A DNA stretch of 21,629 bases, from contig JBHIAT010000048.1 of NCBI GenBank assembly GCA_046758705.1, positions 1 through 21,629 of the forward strand, given 5' to 3'. Within the stretch, counting starts at the first letter, position 1, and each line of letters begins with the position of its first letter. A program made the position numbers and the translations under genes. Source of the stretch: Candidatus Bipolaricaulia bacterium (GTDB taxonomy: Bacteria > Bipolaricaulota > Bipolaricaulia > JBHIAT01). Shown in pieces: positions 1 to 9,800 of the stretch. The notes beneath the pieces are model-generated. The model had not been told where the DNA came from and did no database searches. It was given only the letters and a program-made list of their open reading frames with translations.

Positions 1-970
1 TGAACCCCACCAACGCCCCGTAGAACGCCGGCGTTCCACTCGAGGCGATGATCGTGATCTGCGGTGCATAGATCACCCCGCGTACCTCTGAGGTCCCTTG
101 GACTTCGATGGTGACACTCCCTGCCCCTAATACATACAAGATCAACGAACAGTCACCGGTGTCAGAGATGTCCCCAGCATCGGCACAGCGGCCGAGCTCT
201 GCTCCTCCTTTGATGGTCACATTCCCGTTCACGAACAGCCGGACGTCTCCGTCGATGACCACCTCCACGTTGCCGTTGAGGTTGATCCCATCGTAGAGGT
301 AGGTGGTCGGCCTGGTGAGATCGCCGTTGTTATCGGAGAGCGTGCCTCCAGAGCTGAGGGTTTCGCCGCTGTGATCCTCATCGTAGAGGTTGGGCGCGAT
401 GATCGATGGGAGTTCCGGAAGCAGCAAGATATCCCCGTTGATGGTGACACTGCCGGTTGTTTGGATCCCCCCATCCTCATCGGCAGCGACGGCAGTCGAG
501 AAGTACCTATCAACAGCTGAGGCGAAGAAGATGAGCGTCTGCCGCAGTATCCGCCGTGCTCCCTGGAACTCACCTTGAGAGAGGATTTGATAGGTACCAG
601 CCTCCGACTTGATGATAAACACCTCAGCACCGACCATTTGATCGTCTGGGACGCCCTCGTTCGCCAGCAGGTAGCCAGGGAGCTGGTAAGGGGAAGGAAC
701 CCAGCTCGGGGCGTTGACCGTTGCCGAAGCGAAGTCACCCTGTTGGGCGGCGATGTACTGTGTGGCGCGGTTGATACCGGCTTTGGCGATATACAGGGAT
801 CGTTCGCTGTCCTGGGTCAGAGAGCTGAACCGATGACTGTTGAGGGAGATACTGAAGTAGCCGATTCCTAGCAGTGTGATCAACAACAGGACGAAGAAAG
901 TGACAACCAGCGCCGATCCCCGGTCTTCTTCTCCCGTAAGATGTTTTCCTCTCAATCTCCGCATGCGCAT
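1..970 (-). CDS. PilX N-terminal domain protein (type IV pilus minor-pilin-like); 3' end runs off the window
   Basis: Not in the ORF track. Hand translation from ATG 970 gives MRMRRLRGKHLTGEEDRGSALVVTFFVLLLITLLGIGYFSISLNSHRFSSLTQDSERSLYIAKAGINRA..., with a prepilin-like G|SALVV hydrophobic helix and a PilX-like 'LYIAKAGI' motif. The same frame near the window edge reads ...SEVRGVIYAPQITIIASSGTPAFYGALVGF. About 120-500 was not translated codon by codon. Confidence 0.8.
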   Translation of the reverse strand, partial: MRMRRLRGKHLTGEEDRGSALVVTFFVLLLITLLGIGYFSISLNSHRFSSLTQDSERSLYIAKAGINRATQYIAAQQGDFASATVNAPSWVPSPYQLPGYLLANEGVPDDQMVGAEVFIIKSEAGTYQILSQGEFQGARRILRQTLIFFASAVDRYFSTAVAADEDGGIQTTGSVTINGDILLLPELPSIIAPNLYDEDHSGETLSSGGTLSDNNGDLTRPTTYLYDGINLNGNVEVVIDGDVRLFVNGNVTIKGGAELGRCADAGDISDTGDCSLILYVLGAGSVTIEVQGTSEVRGVIYAPQITIIASSGTPAFYGALVGF

Positions 971-1004
971 AGCGTACTTCCAATGGGAGAACATGGCAGG
1001 GTGC

Positions 1005-1853
1005 TCACCGAATACCCGACCCGTTAAAGGTTTGGGATACTCTGTCTTTTGTGTGTTGATACAGATCTTCAGGAATCGATTCGCGCACATCAACAAGGGT
1101 TTGTAATAATTGTAGATGAATTCTCCGAACTTTCTTGCTATCTTTGCTCAATCCGTCTTGCTCTGACAGGTCTACCAGCTCGGTGAGTATGCCGATCGCC
1201 TCCACCGTCTCAGTCAGACTTTGTTTCAGCTCCTTGCGTTGTGCGGTAAGCCGGTTTGCGTTCCGATACACTCGTCTGAACCTCTCAGTCAACCTTGCGA
1301 TCCTGATCTTATCCTGGATGGGAAGTTTGAAGGTCTCAAGCTCCTTGTTCCTGATCTTGCTGACATTCACAGCGGTGGGATCCATCCTCGTCTTGAGGAT
1401 CTCAAGGATGCCTTGCGCTTCGATATTCAACGCTTTGGTAATCTCCTCGATCGTCGGCAACCTGCCGCTCTCCTGGTAGAGTTTTCCGATGATCTGGCTC
1501 ACTTGATGATCCAACCGCTGAACCCATGCGGGCATCCCTGCAAGCGGGTTCTCATCGTGAAGGTGGTTCACAATTTCACGGGTGATCAAGTGGGCAGCAT
1601 GGGATCTAAACCCATTTCCTGAGATGGGGTGGGCGTGGTAGATCGCATTCAATAAGCCGATGTATCCTCTGGGTATCAGGTCGTCAACGGGTCGCTGGGG
1701 TATGACCCAATCCCTGGCGATCGATTCGATCAAATCCCGATGGGCTATGACCATCGCCCGTTCGAGCCCTGGATCTCGGCTTTCCCTGAGCTTCTGAATA
1801 GGTCGCTGGATCGGTTCACCTGCGCCTGTGACTGAGATTTCTATCTCTCTCAT
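1005..1853 (-). CDS. Atypical SigB/SigF-like sigma factor: regions 2 and 3 present, region-4 HTH replaced by a helical tail
   Basis: DDLIPRGYIGLLNAI...HLITREI (region 2) and GRLPTIEEITKALNI (region 3). Aligns with 19652-20437 up to LPIQDKIRIA/LPIEDRIGIA. ATG 1853 chosen from the SD AGAGGT 7 nt upstream. Confidence 0.8.
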   Translation of the reverse strand: MREIEISVTGAGEPIQRPIQKLRESRDPGLERAMVIAHRDLIESIARDWVIPQRPVDDLIPRGYIGLLNAIYHAHPISGNGFRSHAAHLITREIVNHLHDENPLAGMPAWVQRLDHQVSQIIGKLYQESGRLPTIEEITKALNIEAQGILEILKTRMDPTAVNVSKIRNKELETFKLPIQDKIRIARLTERFRRVYRNANRLTAQRKELKQSLTETVEAIGILTELVDLSEQDGLSKDSKKVRRIHLQLLQTLVDVRESIPEDLYQHTKDRVSQTFNGSGIR

Positions 1854-1858
1854 GAAGA

Positions 1859-2401
1859 TCACCTCTCTATCCTGTTAAGTCGCTCTCCCAGACGGGCATT
1901 TTCGAGGAGCAGAGATACCTGGCCCGCGATCGTCATCAAAAGATACCGATCTCTGAGGGTGAAACTCGGTTTGCCGTTCTTATTGATCAACTCGATCGCT
2001 CCGATCGTCCGATCCTTTAACTTGATCGGAACACAGAGGATGTTTTGGGTGTGGTAGTCGATTGCCTGATCGATCTCTCCGTAAAATCTGGGGTCCTCCC
2101 TCGGATCCGGGATGATGAGCGGCTCCCCATGGCGAATCACCCAACCCACGACTCCCTCGGCCAGCGGCATCTTCCTTCCCTGGAGCTGCTCCTGCTTCTC
2201 TCCGGTGACTGCCCGGAAGACCAGCCGATCCTCCCGATCCGGATCCTTGATCACGATCGAGCTGGCGTCCGCGTTGAGAACCTCATCGATGAGCTGGAGG
2301 GTCGTTTCAAGGATTTCGTCGGATGACCGGGAGGCTTCCATCAGCCTGCCGATCCTGGTGAAGATCACCCACGGGGCTTCGTAGACGCCTATATCTTCCA
2401 T
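1859..2401 (-). CDS. Stand-alone GAF domain protein
   Basis: EGVVGWV...PLIIPD...DPRF, NILCVPI...IGAIELINK...F...LLENARL. SD GGAGG upstream. No output domain. Confidence 0.9.
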   Translation of the reverse strand: MEDIGVYEAPWVIFTRIGRLMEASRSSDEILETTLQLIDEVLNADASSIVIKDPDREDRLVFRAVTGEKQEQLQGRKMPLAEGVVGWVIRHGEPLIIPDPREDPRFYGEIDQAIDYHTQNILCVPIKLKDRTIGAIELINKNGKPSFTLRDRYLLMTIAGQVSLLLENARLGERLNRIER

Positions 2402-2422
2402 TGGACATCCCTCCCAGGGGGT

Positions 2423-2845
2423 CTATGAGTTCACGTCCCAGATCGGCTTTCGCGGCTGCCCGGGTATCCTGATGATTTGGAGCCGATCCGGATCTTGGTG
2501 GCAATCCCGATTTCGGAGGTGATAGCGGATCTCACTTTTGATCAGCTGAGCCGCGTAGGGACGGAACGCGATGCCCGTGCGGGGATCGAAGTTATAGATC
2601 GCGTTGATCAATCCGATATAACCGGCTTCCATGAGCTCCTCACGGTCCTCGTCCTCGTTCTCACCGGCGCGTGAAAATCTGTCCACGATCGACTTGATCA
2701 AATCCATATTTCTCTTGACAATCGCCTGCTCGATCTCCACGTCAGCACTCTCTGAGAGCTGGTGAAGCAACTCCTCCGTCTTTTGACCGTTGTACTTTCC
2801 GTTGTACCTTGACCTTGATCTGTCGATGTCGATGTTGATCGTCAT
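2423..2845 (-). CDS. Truncated sigma-70 family protein (region 1.2/2 only), SigB/F-like
   Basis: EELMEAGYIGLINAIYNFDPRTGIAFRPYAAQLIKSEIRYHLR...IIRIP, then a stop at 140 aa. SD CAGGAG upstream. The next gene starts 21 bp later. Confidence 0.8.
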   Translation of the reverse strand: MTINIDIDRSRSRYNGKYNGQKTEELLHQLSESADVEIEQAIVKRNMDLIKSIVDRFSRAGENEDEDREELMEAGYIGLINAIYNFDPRTGIAFRPYAAQLIKSEIRYHLRNRDCHQDPDRLQIIRIPGQPRKPIWDVNS

Positions 2846-2874
2846 GGCAATCTCCTGGTTGAAGACCGCTACCG

Positions 2875-3849
2875 CTATCTGCCAAACCGGATGGTGGCCG
2901 ACAATCGATGGGTATCCGGGAGATCTGGATGGGCGAGGAACGCGTAATTGATCTCGAAGGAGCCACTGACGAGGCTGGCTCCCGCCGTTAACGGCAGCTG
3001 AGCGAGGTCCTCAAGTTGAAATGCCAGAAACTTGTCTAAGGGACCGTAGATGCCGCCTCGCAGCCCGAGAGGGCCGAGCCACAACTCAGCTCCCGCATGG
3101 AGGGTTCGATCCCGTTCGTCGAGGAGGTGATCGATGTCCATGGCCAGGGTCAACGAAGCAAGCTTCTGAACGCCGACCTTCAAGGATGCGCCTGCGCGAA
3201 CGTTTTGACCCCAGACTTCGGTGTGGCCACTTTGGTATTCGATCTCAGCTCCACTCACATTCTCCATGAGGGCACCGAAGCGCAACGGCCCCAGTTTGAT
3301 CATCCCGGCGGCGTCGATGGAGAACGTCCCGGTATCCTCATCGAGCGTCTCCACGTGATACGCTTTGCCGCGAATCCCGAACGACAGTAACGGGCCGAAG
3401 GCGACCCCAAACGATGCGATCGCCGCGTGATTGGTATAATCGAACTCCCCTTGCTCCACCCCGAGTTCGTCCCGCTGGGTCAAGCCCGGCGCGGTCAGCT
3501 GGAGCAGTCCAAAGCCGATATTCCGCTGCGCGTAGCCGAGGGCGCCATAGTTAGCCGCGTTGAACTGGTTGCTAGACAGGGAGGTGAGGCCGGAACCTTT
3601 CAGGAAGCCCAGCCCTGCCGGGTTGTAAAACAGGGCGTTCTCATCATCGGCCAATCCGACGAACGCTCCACCCATTCCCAGCGGCCTGGCCCCCATCCCG
3701 ATGCTGAATAACGCCCCCACGTTGACCAACTCCTCCTCCTGAGCGATCCCCTGAACCGGGGAGAGAGGCAGGATCGCGATTGACAGGACCAGCATCAGCG
3801 CGACCCGGTTTAGGGGTGAGCGGATTCTGGTTCTCATTCTGATTTTCAT
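2875..3849 (-). CDS. PorV/PorQ (UPF0164, FadL-like) outer-membrane beta-barrel protein
   Basis: Signal peptide, then the family signature GMGARPLGMGGAFVGLADDENALFYNPAGL. Amphipathic beta strands; C-terminus THRLSATIRF. ATG 3849 follows SD GAGGAGG. Confidence 0.85.
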   Translation of the reverse strand: MKIRMRTRIRSPLNRVALMLVLSIAILPLSPVQGIAQEEELVNVGALFSIGMGARPLGMGGAFVGLADDENALFYNPAGLGFLKGSGLTSLSSNQFNAANYGALGYAQRNIGFGLLQLTAPGLTQRDELGVEQGEFDYTNHAAIASFGVAFGPLLSFGIRGKAYHVETLDEDTGTFSIDAAGMIKLGPLRFGALMENVSGAEIEYQSGHTEVWGQNVRAGASLKVGVQKLASLTLAMDIDHLLDERDRTLHAGAELWLGPLGLRGGIYGPLDKFLAFQLEDLAQLPLTAGASLVSGSFEINYAFLAHPDLPDTHRLSATIRFGR

Positions 3850-3863
3850 GGTTATCGTCCTCC

Positions 3864-6800
3864 TCACTTGTTAACGACGAATCTTCCGATCTCAGACCGG
3901 ATGACGTTGCCGTCCTCATCGACCGCAACGATCAGGTAGATATACAGCCCATTTGCCAGGGACCTGCCGTAGTTATCCCGGAGCTCCCATCTGCCAATCC
4001 CAGGGTATTCGTTGCCCATTGGATCCAGATCGTCCTCAAACAGCAGCGCTCCGCTCACGTTGTAGATCCTGAGCTTGGCCGAAGCGATCCCCTGAGGCAG
4101 GGAGTAGTAGAAGGTCGTCCCGGCCCAACCGACCGGGTTGGGGCCGTTCACGACGATCAGCGATCCTTCGACGACAAACGGCACCTCCTCTGTCTGGAGG
4201 TTCCCCATACGGTCGGCGACGGAGATCCTGGCCGTGTAGTCGCCACTGAGCAGTTTCTCGATGGGTTCGGCGATCCACAAGGGTTCACCTGCCTCATCGA
4301 CGTCCGTATAGTAGAAGAAGTCGCTTTTGTCCATGACAACGGCGCCGGAGTGATCGATGTACTGGACTGAGACGCTTTCCTCATCGACGCCGCTCCCCGG
4401 ATCATAGGCTTTGAACCGCGCCTCCGGCCGGAACCGCTGGTAGAAGTCCCGCTCATCTCCAATTCCGACCTCGACGAACTCGGGAGGTCGGCTATCGACC
4501 AGCACCGCGTAGTCGCTGAAGTGATCGACCGAAACGGTGACGGTGTGAAGCTCGGTATCCACTTGATCGACCCCGACAAACTGCCATCCTTCATCTCCAG
4601 TGAAGAAGTAGATGGCCAGCTTGGTCGGATCCTCTGTCTGCTTCGGGTCATAAGCCAAGGTCAGTTTCGCGGGTTTGTCCGGAGAAAATGTCAGCCCGTC
4701 CGGATAGAAGCGCCACATCGAACTGACCGGGTTGAGTCCCTGTGTCTCTACCGATGAACTCTCCGGATCGCCATAGTCTTTCGGCGTGATGGATATCATC
4801 ACATCTGTGTCGAGAGCGCCCGCTGCGATCTCGATCTCGCTCGCCTCGTTCTTGACCGTCCCACCCGTCTGAGCCGATATGTTCTCGACGACGAACGACT
4901 CGGTTCGCAAGCTTGCGTTGCCCGCGTTGTCGGTGGCCACGAGGTAGATCGTTCCCATCCCCTCGAACGCCCCGAGTTCAACGGCCTGCTGATAGCGATA
5001 ATCTGCCTCTGTGATGGTGGTTTCAACGCTGTCCACCGTCTGCCCGCCTTCATCCTCGACCGTGAGCTGGATGAGAACCTGAGGATGCGCCTCCACGATG
5101 TGCAAGCCGACGGTCAATTGGGTATCGACCAGCTCCGCTGCGAATTCGCCCAACTGCGGCGGTGTGGTATCGATCAGGATCTTGACGCCCTCGGACGGAT
5201 CCTCTATGTTGCCGTTCTGATCCCACGCCCTGCTTCTCACCCAGTACTCCCCTTCCTCGACCGGAACCATCGGGAGCGTGTAGCTCCACGCCTCGGTCCC
5301 TTGGCTCTCCAACCAGGTCGCTTGGATAACCCATTCGCTGCCGTTCCAGTAGGCGTCGTCGAACTTCCTAAGGCTTATCTCGACCTTCTGCAAACCACTG
5401 AAGTTATCGAAGGCCGTCCCACTGATCTCAACATTTTCGAGCGTGTTGGACGCAAAGCCATCCTCAGGAGCGGTGATCTCAGAATGGGGGAGTTCTCCGT
5501 CGACTTTGACCCGGTAGTGGATGGTATCACTCCAGGCTCCCGGTTGGTTGTACTTCACTCTGAGATGGAGATAGGAGATACCGTTCTCTACATCGGTGAA
5601 GGTGAGCTGATCGCTGGTCGTGTTGACTTTCAGCTCTGGAACGGTCCCCTCGCTCTGATCGAACCGGTAGCTGTATCCCTCTACCTCGACGTTGTCAACG
5701 GGAACCTGCCAGCTGAACTTCACATCGTCGCTGCCGTACCAACGCGTCTGATCCGGATGAGTGCTGCTGTCAACGATCGGGCTGGGTGCGATGAAGAACG
5801 TGTACATCTCGCTGGATTCCAGCCCGCCGAGATCGACCGCGTAGACCGTGACGGTGACATCCCCGCCGACATCGGTATGGGGCTCATCCGGCGGGTATTC
5901 ATAGGTGTAACCGAACGGGACAGCGGATGGAACAGGCTTGGTGATCGAGATTCCGTTGATCTGGATATCGACCGTGCTCTCATCCACCCCCTTCCCCTCG
6001 TCCGTGACGGTGACGGTGATCGGCTCGCGTGTATCACCGGTTGCGTTATCACCGCTGCTCGAATCGGTGTTGGGGGTCTGAATCAGGATCGTCGGGCCGA
6101 GGCTGTCCACAAAGAAAGCTCCAGCGACCGCGCTCGCCGCGCTCCGGTTGCCCGCAACGTCTTGGGCGACCGCATACAGGTAGTTGTTCCCCTGGTTTAG
6201 CTGGACGTTCTGGAACAGATAATCTCCATCGACTATTGTGCTTTGAGTGCCCAGGCGCTCCGCTTCCACCTCGTCGCTGAGATCCCGATCCAAGAACAGC
6301 TCGACATGATCCACATCGCCTGCCGTGGCAGCGTCGGGGGTCACCTGGATGTCCGCAAGGTCATAGCTCAGCTCTGAACCCTCGGCTACGGCCGCCCCAT
6401 CCTTCAACACCACCAGGGCGGTCGGTGCCCCTGGAGGTATGGTATCGACGATGAAGGACAGCTGGCCGGCCACCCCAGAGTTGCCCGTGAGGTCGGCGTA
6501 CGCGACACTCACCTCGACTATGCCGTCTGAAAGCGGAGTGGATGGGGCATAGCTCAGATCCGTCTCGGTGATCGTGGCCTCCCCGGTGACGTCGCTTCCG
6601 TTCACCGTCAGCTGGACACTGGCCGTATCGATTCCCGAGCCGTCACCGTCGTCGAAGGTTGCGGAGAGGGTCGGTTGCGCATCGCTGGTATAGATGTCCT
6701 GCGCCGGGCTGGTGAACTGGACGGTGGGAACGACGGTGTCCAGGAGCAGCATGTCGGTTAACCGATTGGTGTTGCCGTATATATCCTTAGACAGCGCCTC

Positions 6801-9800
6801 GAACACATTGGTGCCCTCGGTCAGGGTGATGCCGCTGTAACTGAAGCCCTGAGTCTGCACACCCTGACTCACCCCGCCGATCAGCAGCTCGATCGACTCG
6901 AGATCCGGATCGAGGGGTGGGGTCACGATGACATCCACGTTGCTGACGTTGGTGGGCGTGGTGATCACGTTCTCTGTCCCGCTGGCCCGGTATACGGTGG
7001 CTTGGGGCGGGGTCACATCCGCGTCGACGGTGATGGCGAACGGCGCTGATGGATCGCTCTTGCCGATCACGTTCTCGGCCCTGGCGGTGATCTGATACTC
7101 ACCCGAGCTGGTTTCCTCCGGAAGACTCACCGTGATCAGGTATCCCCCGGTTTCATCGGCAAATTCCGTGCCGACCTCAACCCCGGTGAACAGGATCGTC
7201 ACGATCGTTCCGATCTCGGCTTGCCCGTTCACCTCGAAACTCTTGCCGACTTTGTCGTCGCCCGGGCTGACCACGCCGGTGATCGTCGGGACTCCAGGAA
7301 GGCTGTTGCTCACCCCGACCAAAGCCTCTGCGGTGCCTGAGTTGCCCGCCAGGTCCGTGGCAGTGAACGCGACCTTATAAACGCCCTCGCCGACGAGCTG
7401 GTTGGCGTCGTTGCGGCCGTTCCAGTCGAAGCTGTAATTCCCCGCCTCCTGGGACGCCCCGAACAGGATCCCTTTCACCTGGTTCTGGTTCCCATCCAGG
7501 ATCTTGATGAACAGCTTATTCACAGACTCTTTCAGTGTATAGTTGACCGTAGTCCTCCGTTTCTCAAGCGGATAGTCCGGGAGGGTGGTGAACGTCCGGG
7601 GGTCGGTGGTGGCACTGATCTCGGGCGCCGTGGTGTCAACCGTGAGGTTACGGCTGACCCCCTCGGTCTCGGTGCCTTTGCTGGCGGTCACCTCGATCTG
7701 ATTGACGCCTTCGATCAGGGTGCCGTCGGCAAGACTGAGGGTGAGCGAGAAGCTCCCGCTGCCGTCGATAGTCGCCGGACCGACGGCCGTGCCGTTGTTG
7801 TTCACGGTCAATGTCGCCCCGGTGTCCACCCGGCCGCTTACCTCAAGCTCCGTCGCCGCGAAATATCCATCCTGTGACGGGGTATCCACACGGAGCAGAC
7901 GGGATTCGTAAACGAGGAACTCACTTTCAAATGAGGTTTCGAGGAAATAGACCTCGTCCTTGCCGTCCCGGTTCAAGTCGGCCAGGACGACCGGAGCTTC
8001 CCACGCTCCGCCGCCGGTGACGCGTTCTCCCTGGTAGATGTTCTGATACCCGTTCGTCGTCCTCTTCCACAGGTAAAATTGATGGTAATCTTGTCCGTCC
8101 GTGGGGTCCCACCAGTTGAAGTTGATACCGATCTCAACCGCTCCGTCTCCATCGATATCTCCGATGTCGAAGTTGCGGTTTCGATAATCCCACCGGTTTA
8201 TATCCAGTTCTGGAGGAGGCGGCGTCAACACTTCCCCGATCTCCAGGGTGTTGGCCGCGGTCAGATGAAGCTCCCAGATCCGCTCCGATGTCTCCCAACT
8301 CGAACCGTTGTAGAGCACCTCATCCCGTCCGTCTCCATCGATATCGATCACCTTCGGCCAGCGGAAGTCGTTGGCTTTCCCCTGGTCGATGTCGCTTCGC
8401 AACTCTTCGACCAACTGGCCCGAGTTCGAGTTATAACCGTAGAGGTACAACGTGTTGTTCGATCCGGTGATGATCTCGTGTTGCCCGTCACCATCGAAGT
8501 CCCCGATCGCGGTTCCCCGCAACCAACCATCCAACCCGTCTACCTGATACGACAGTGCGAAATCGACTCCGGTCCACTGGAAACCCAACAGCTTTCCATC
8601 CCGAGTGGAGACGACGATATCCTTGTAGGGATTGGTAGCATCCACATCCCCAACGCTCAATGACCACCAGTCCCAGTCCGCCTCGCCGATCTCTCCACTG
8701 AACCACAACGGGTTGAATCCGTTTCCGTTCCACGCGAAGATACGGATGTAAAGCGGGTTGTAGTTCCCGTTCCAATCTCCGAGTTGCAGGATGATCACTT
8801 CGTTCAATCCGTCGCCGTTGACATCCTCAACCAGCACTTGCCTGAAATCCGAACCGAAGACCTCCTGGTAATACCACTCGGTGATGAACTTCCCGCTGAG
8901 CTCATCCCACTCGGTAAGCACAATATCACGCCAGCCGAGGAAGACCAGCTCTTCTGTGCCATCGTTATCCGCGTCTCCCCGGACCGCGGAGGTTGTCCAC
9001 ACGCCCGCGATCTCTCCCGGTTGCGTGATGACCCCTTCCGGTTGCAGTCCGCCGATGGTGGGGGTGATCTCCCCCGCCACCTCGTTGGTCACCTGGATGG
9101 TCCCAGGGGGAGACTTGGGGCTCTCGTTCCCGGCGGAATCGAAAGTGGTCCCCTCCACGACGGTCTTCCCTACGGTGACCGATATGGGCCATGCAAAGCG
9201 TCCTTCGGCGTCCGCGACCGTATCTTGTATCTCCCTGGCTTGGTTGGACCAGGTGATGTACAGTCGGACCAGACCGTTGGCCAGCGCTCCGTGCCCCCGG
9301 ACCTCAAAGTCGGTGATCAACTTGTTAATGTTGTAGGTGGTGAAGTCAAGCTGCGGCGCTTCAGGCGGGGTGGTGTCGATGAGGAAGTGGTTGTTACTGA
9401 CCACCTCGATCGCATTGCCCGCCCGGTCGGCCCCGGCGACGGTGACGGTGGCCTCACCGTCCAGGTAGTGGGTACCGTCCGCTGGGTTGGTGGTATAGGT
9501 GTAGCTGTAGGTCTTCGCATCCACCGTCGTCATCGTTCCACCGGCGATATCGTTAGAACCGGGTTGATCGATGTCGATCGTCGGGGCCGCCCCGAGGGGC
9601 TCATCGGCGGTGGCCATAATCTCCAGCGCTCCGGCCTTCACCGGCGATCCCGGTTGATAGCTCAACTGCACCGTTGGTCCTGCTGTGTCTACCTCGAAGG
9701 AATACTGGGTCTGGTTTGCGGCCGTCCCCAGCAGATCCTGGGTGTTCACCGTTACGGTGATCGTCCCATCGCTGTATGACGTCGCGGGTGTATATGTGTA

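Noticed and set aside
229-983. ORF-track ORFs 229-738 and 735-983 (minus) and small plus-strand ORFs
   Set aside because: Wrong frames of the PilX-like gene that starts at 970.
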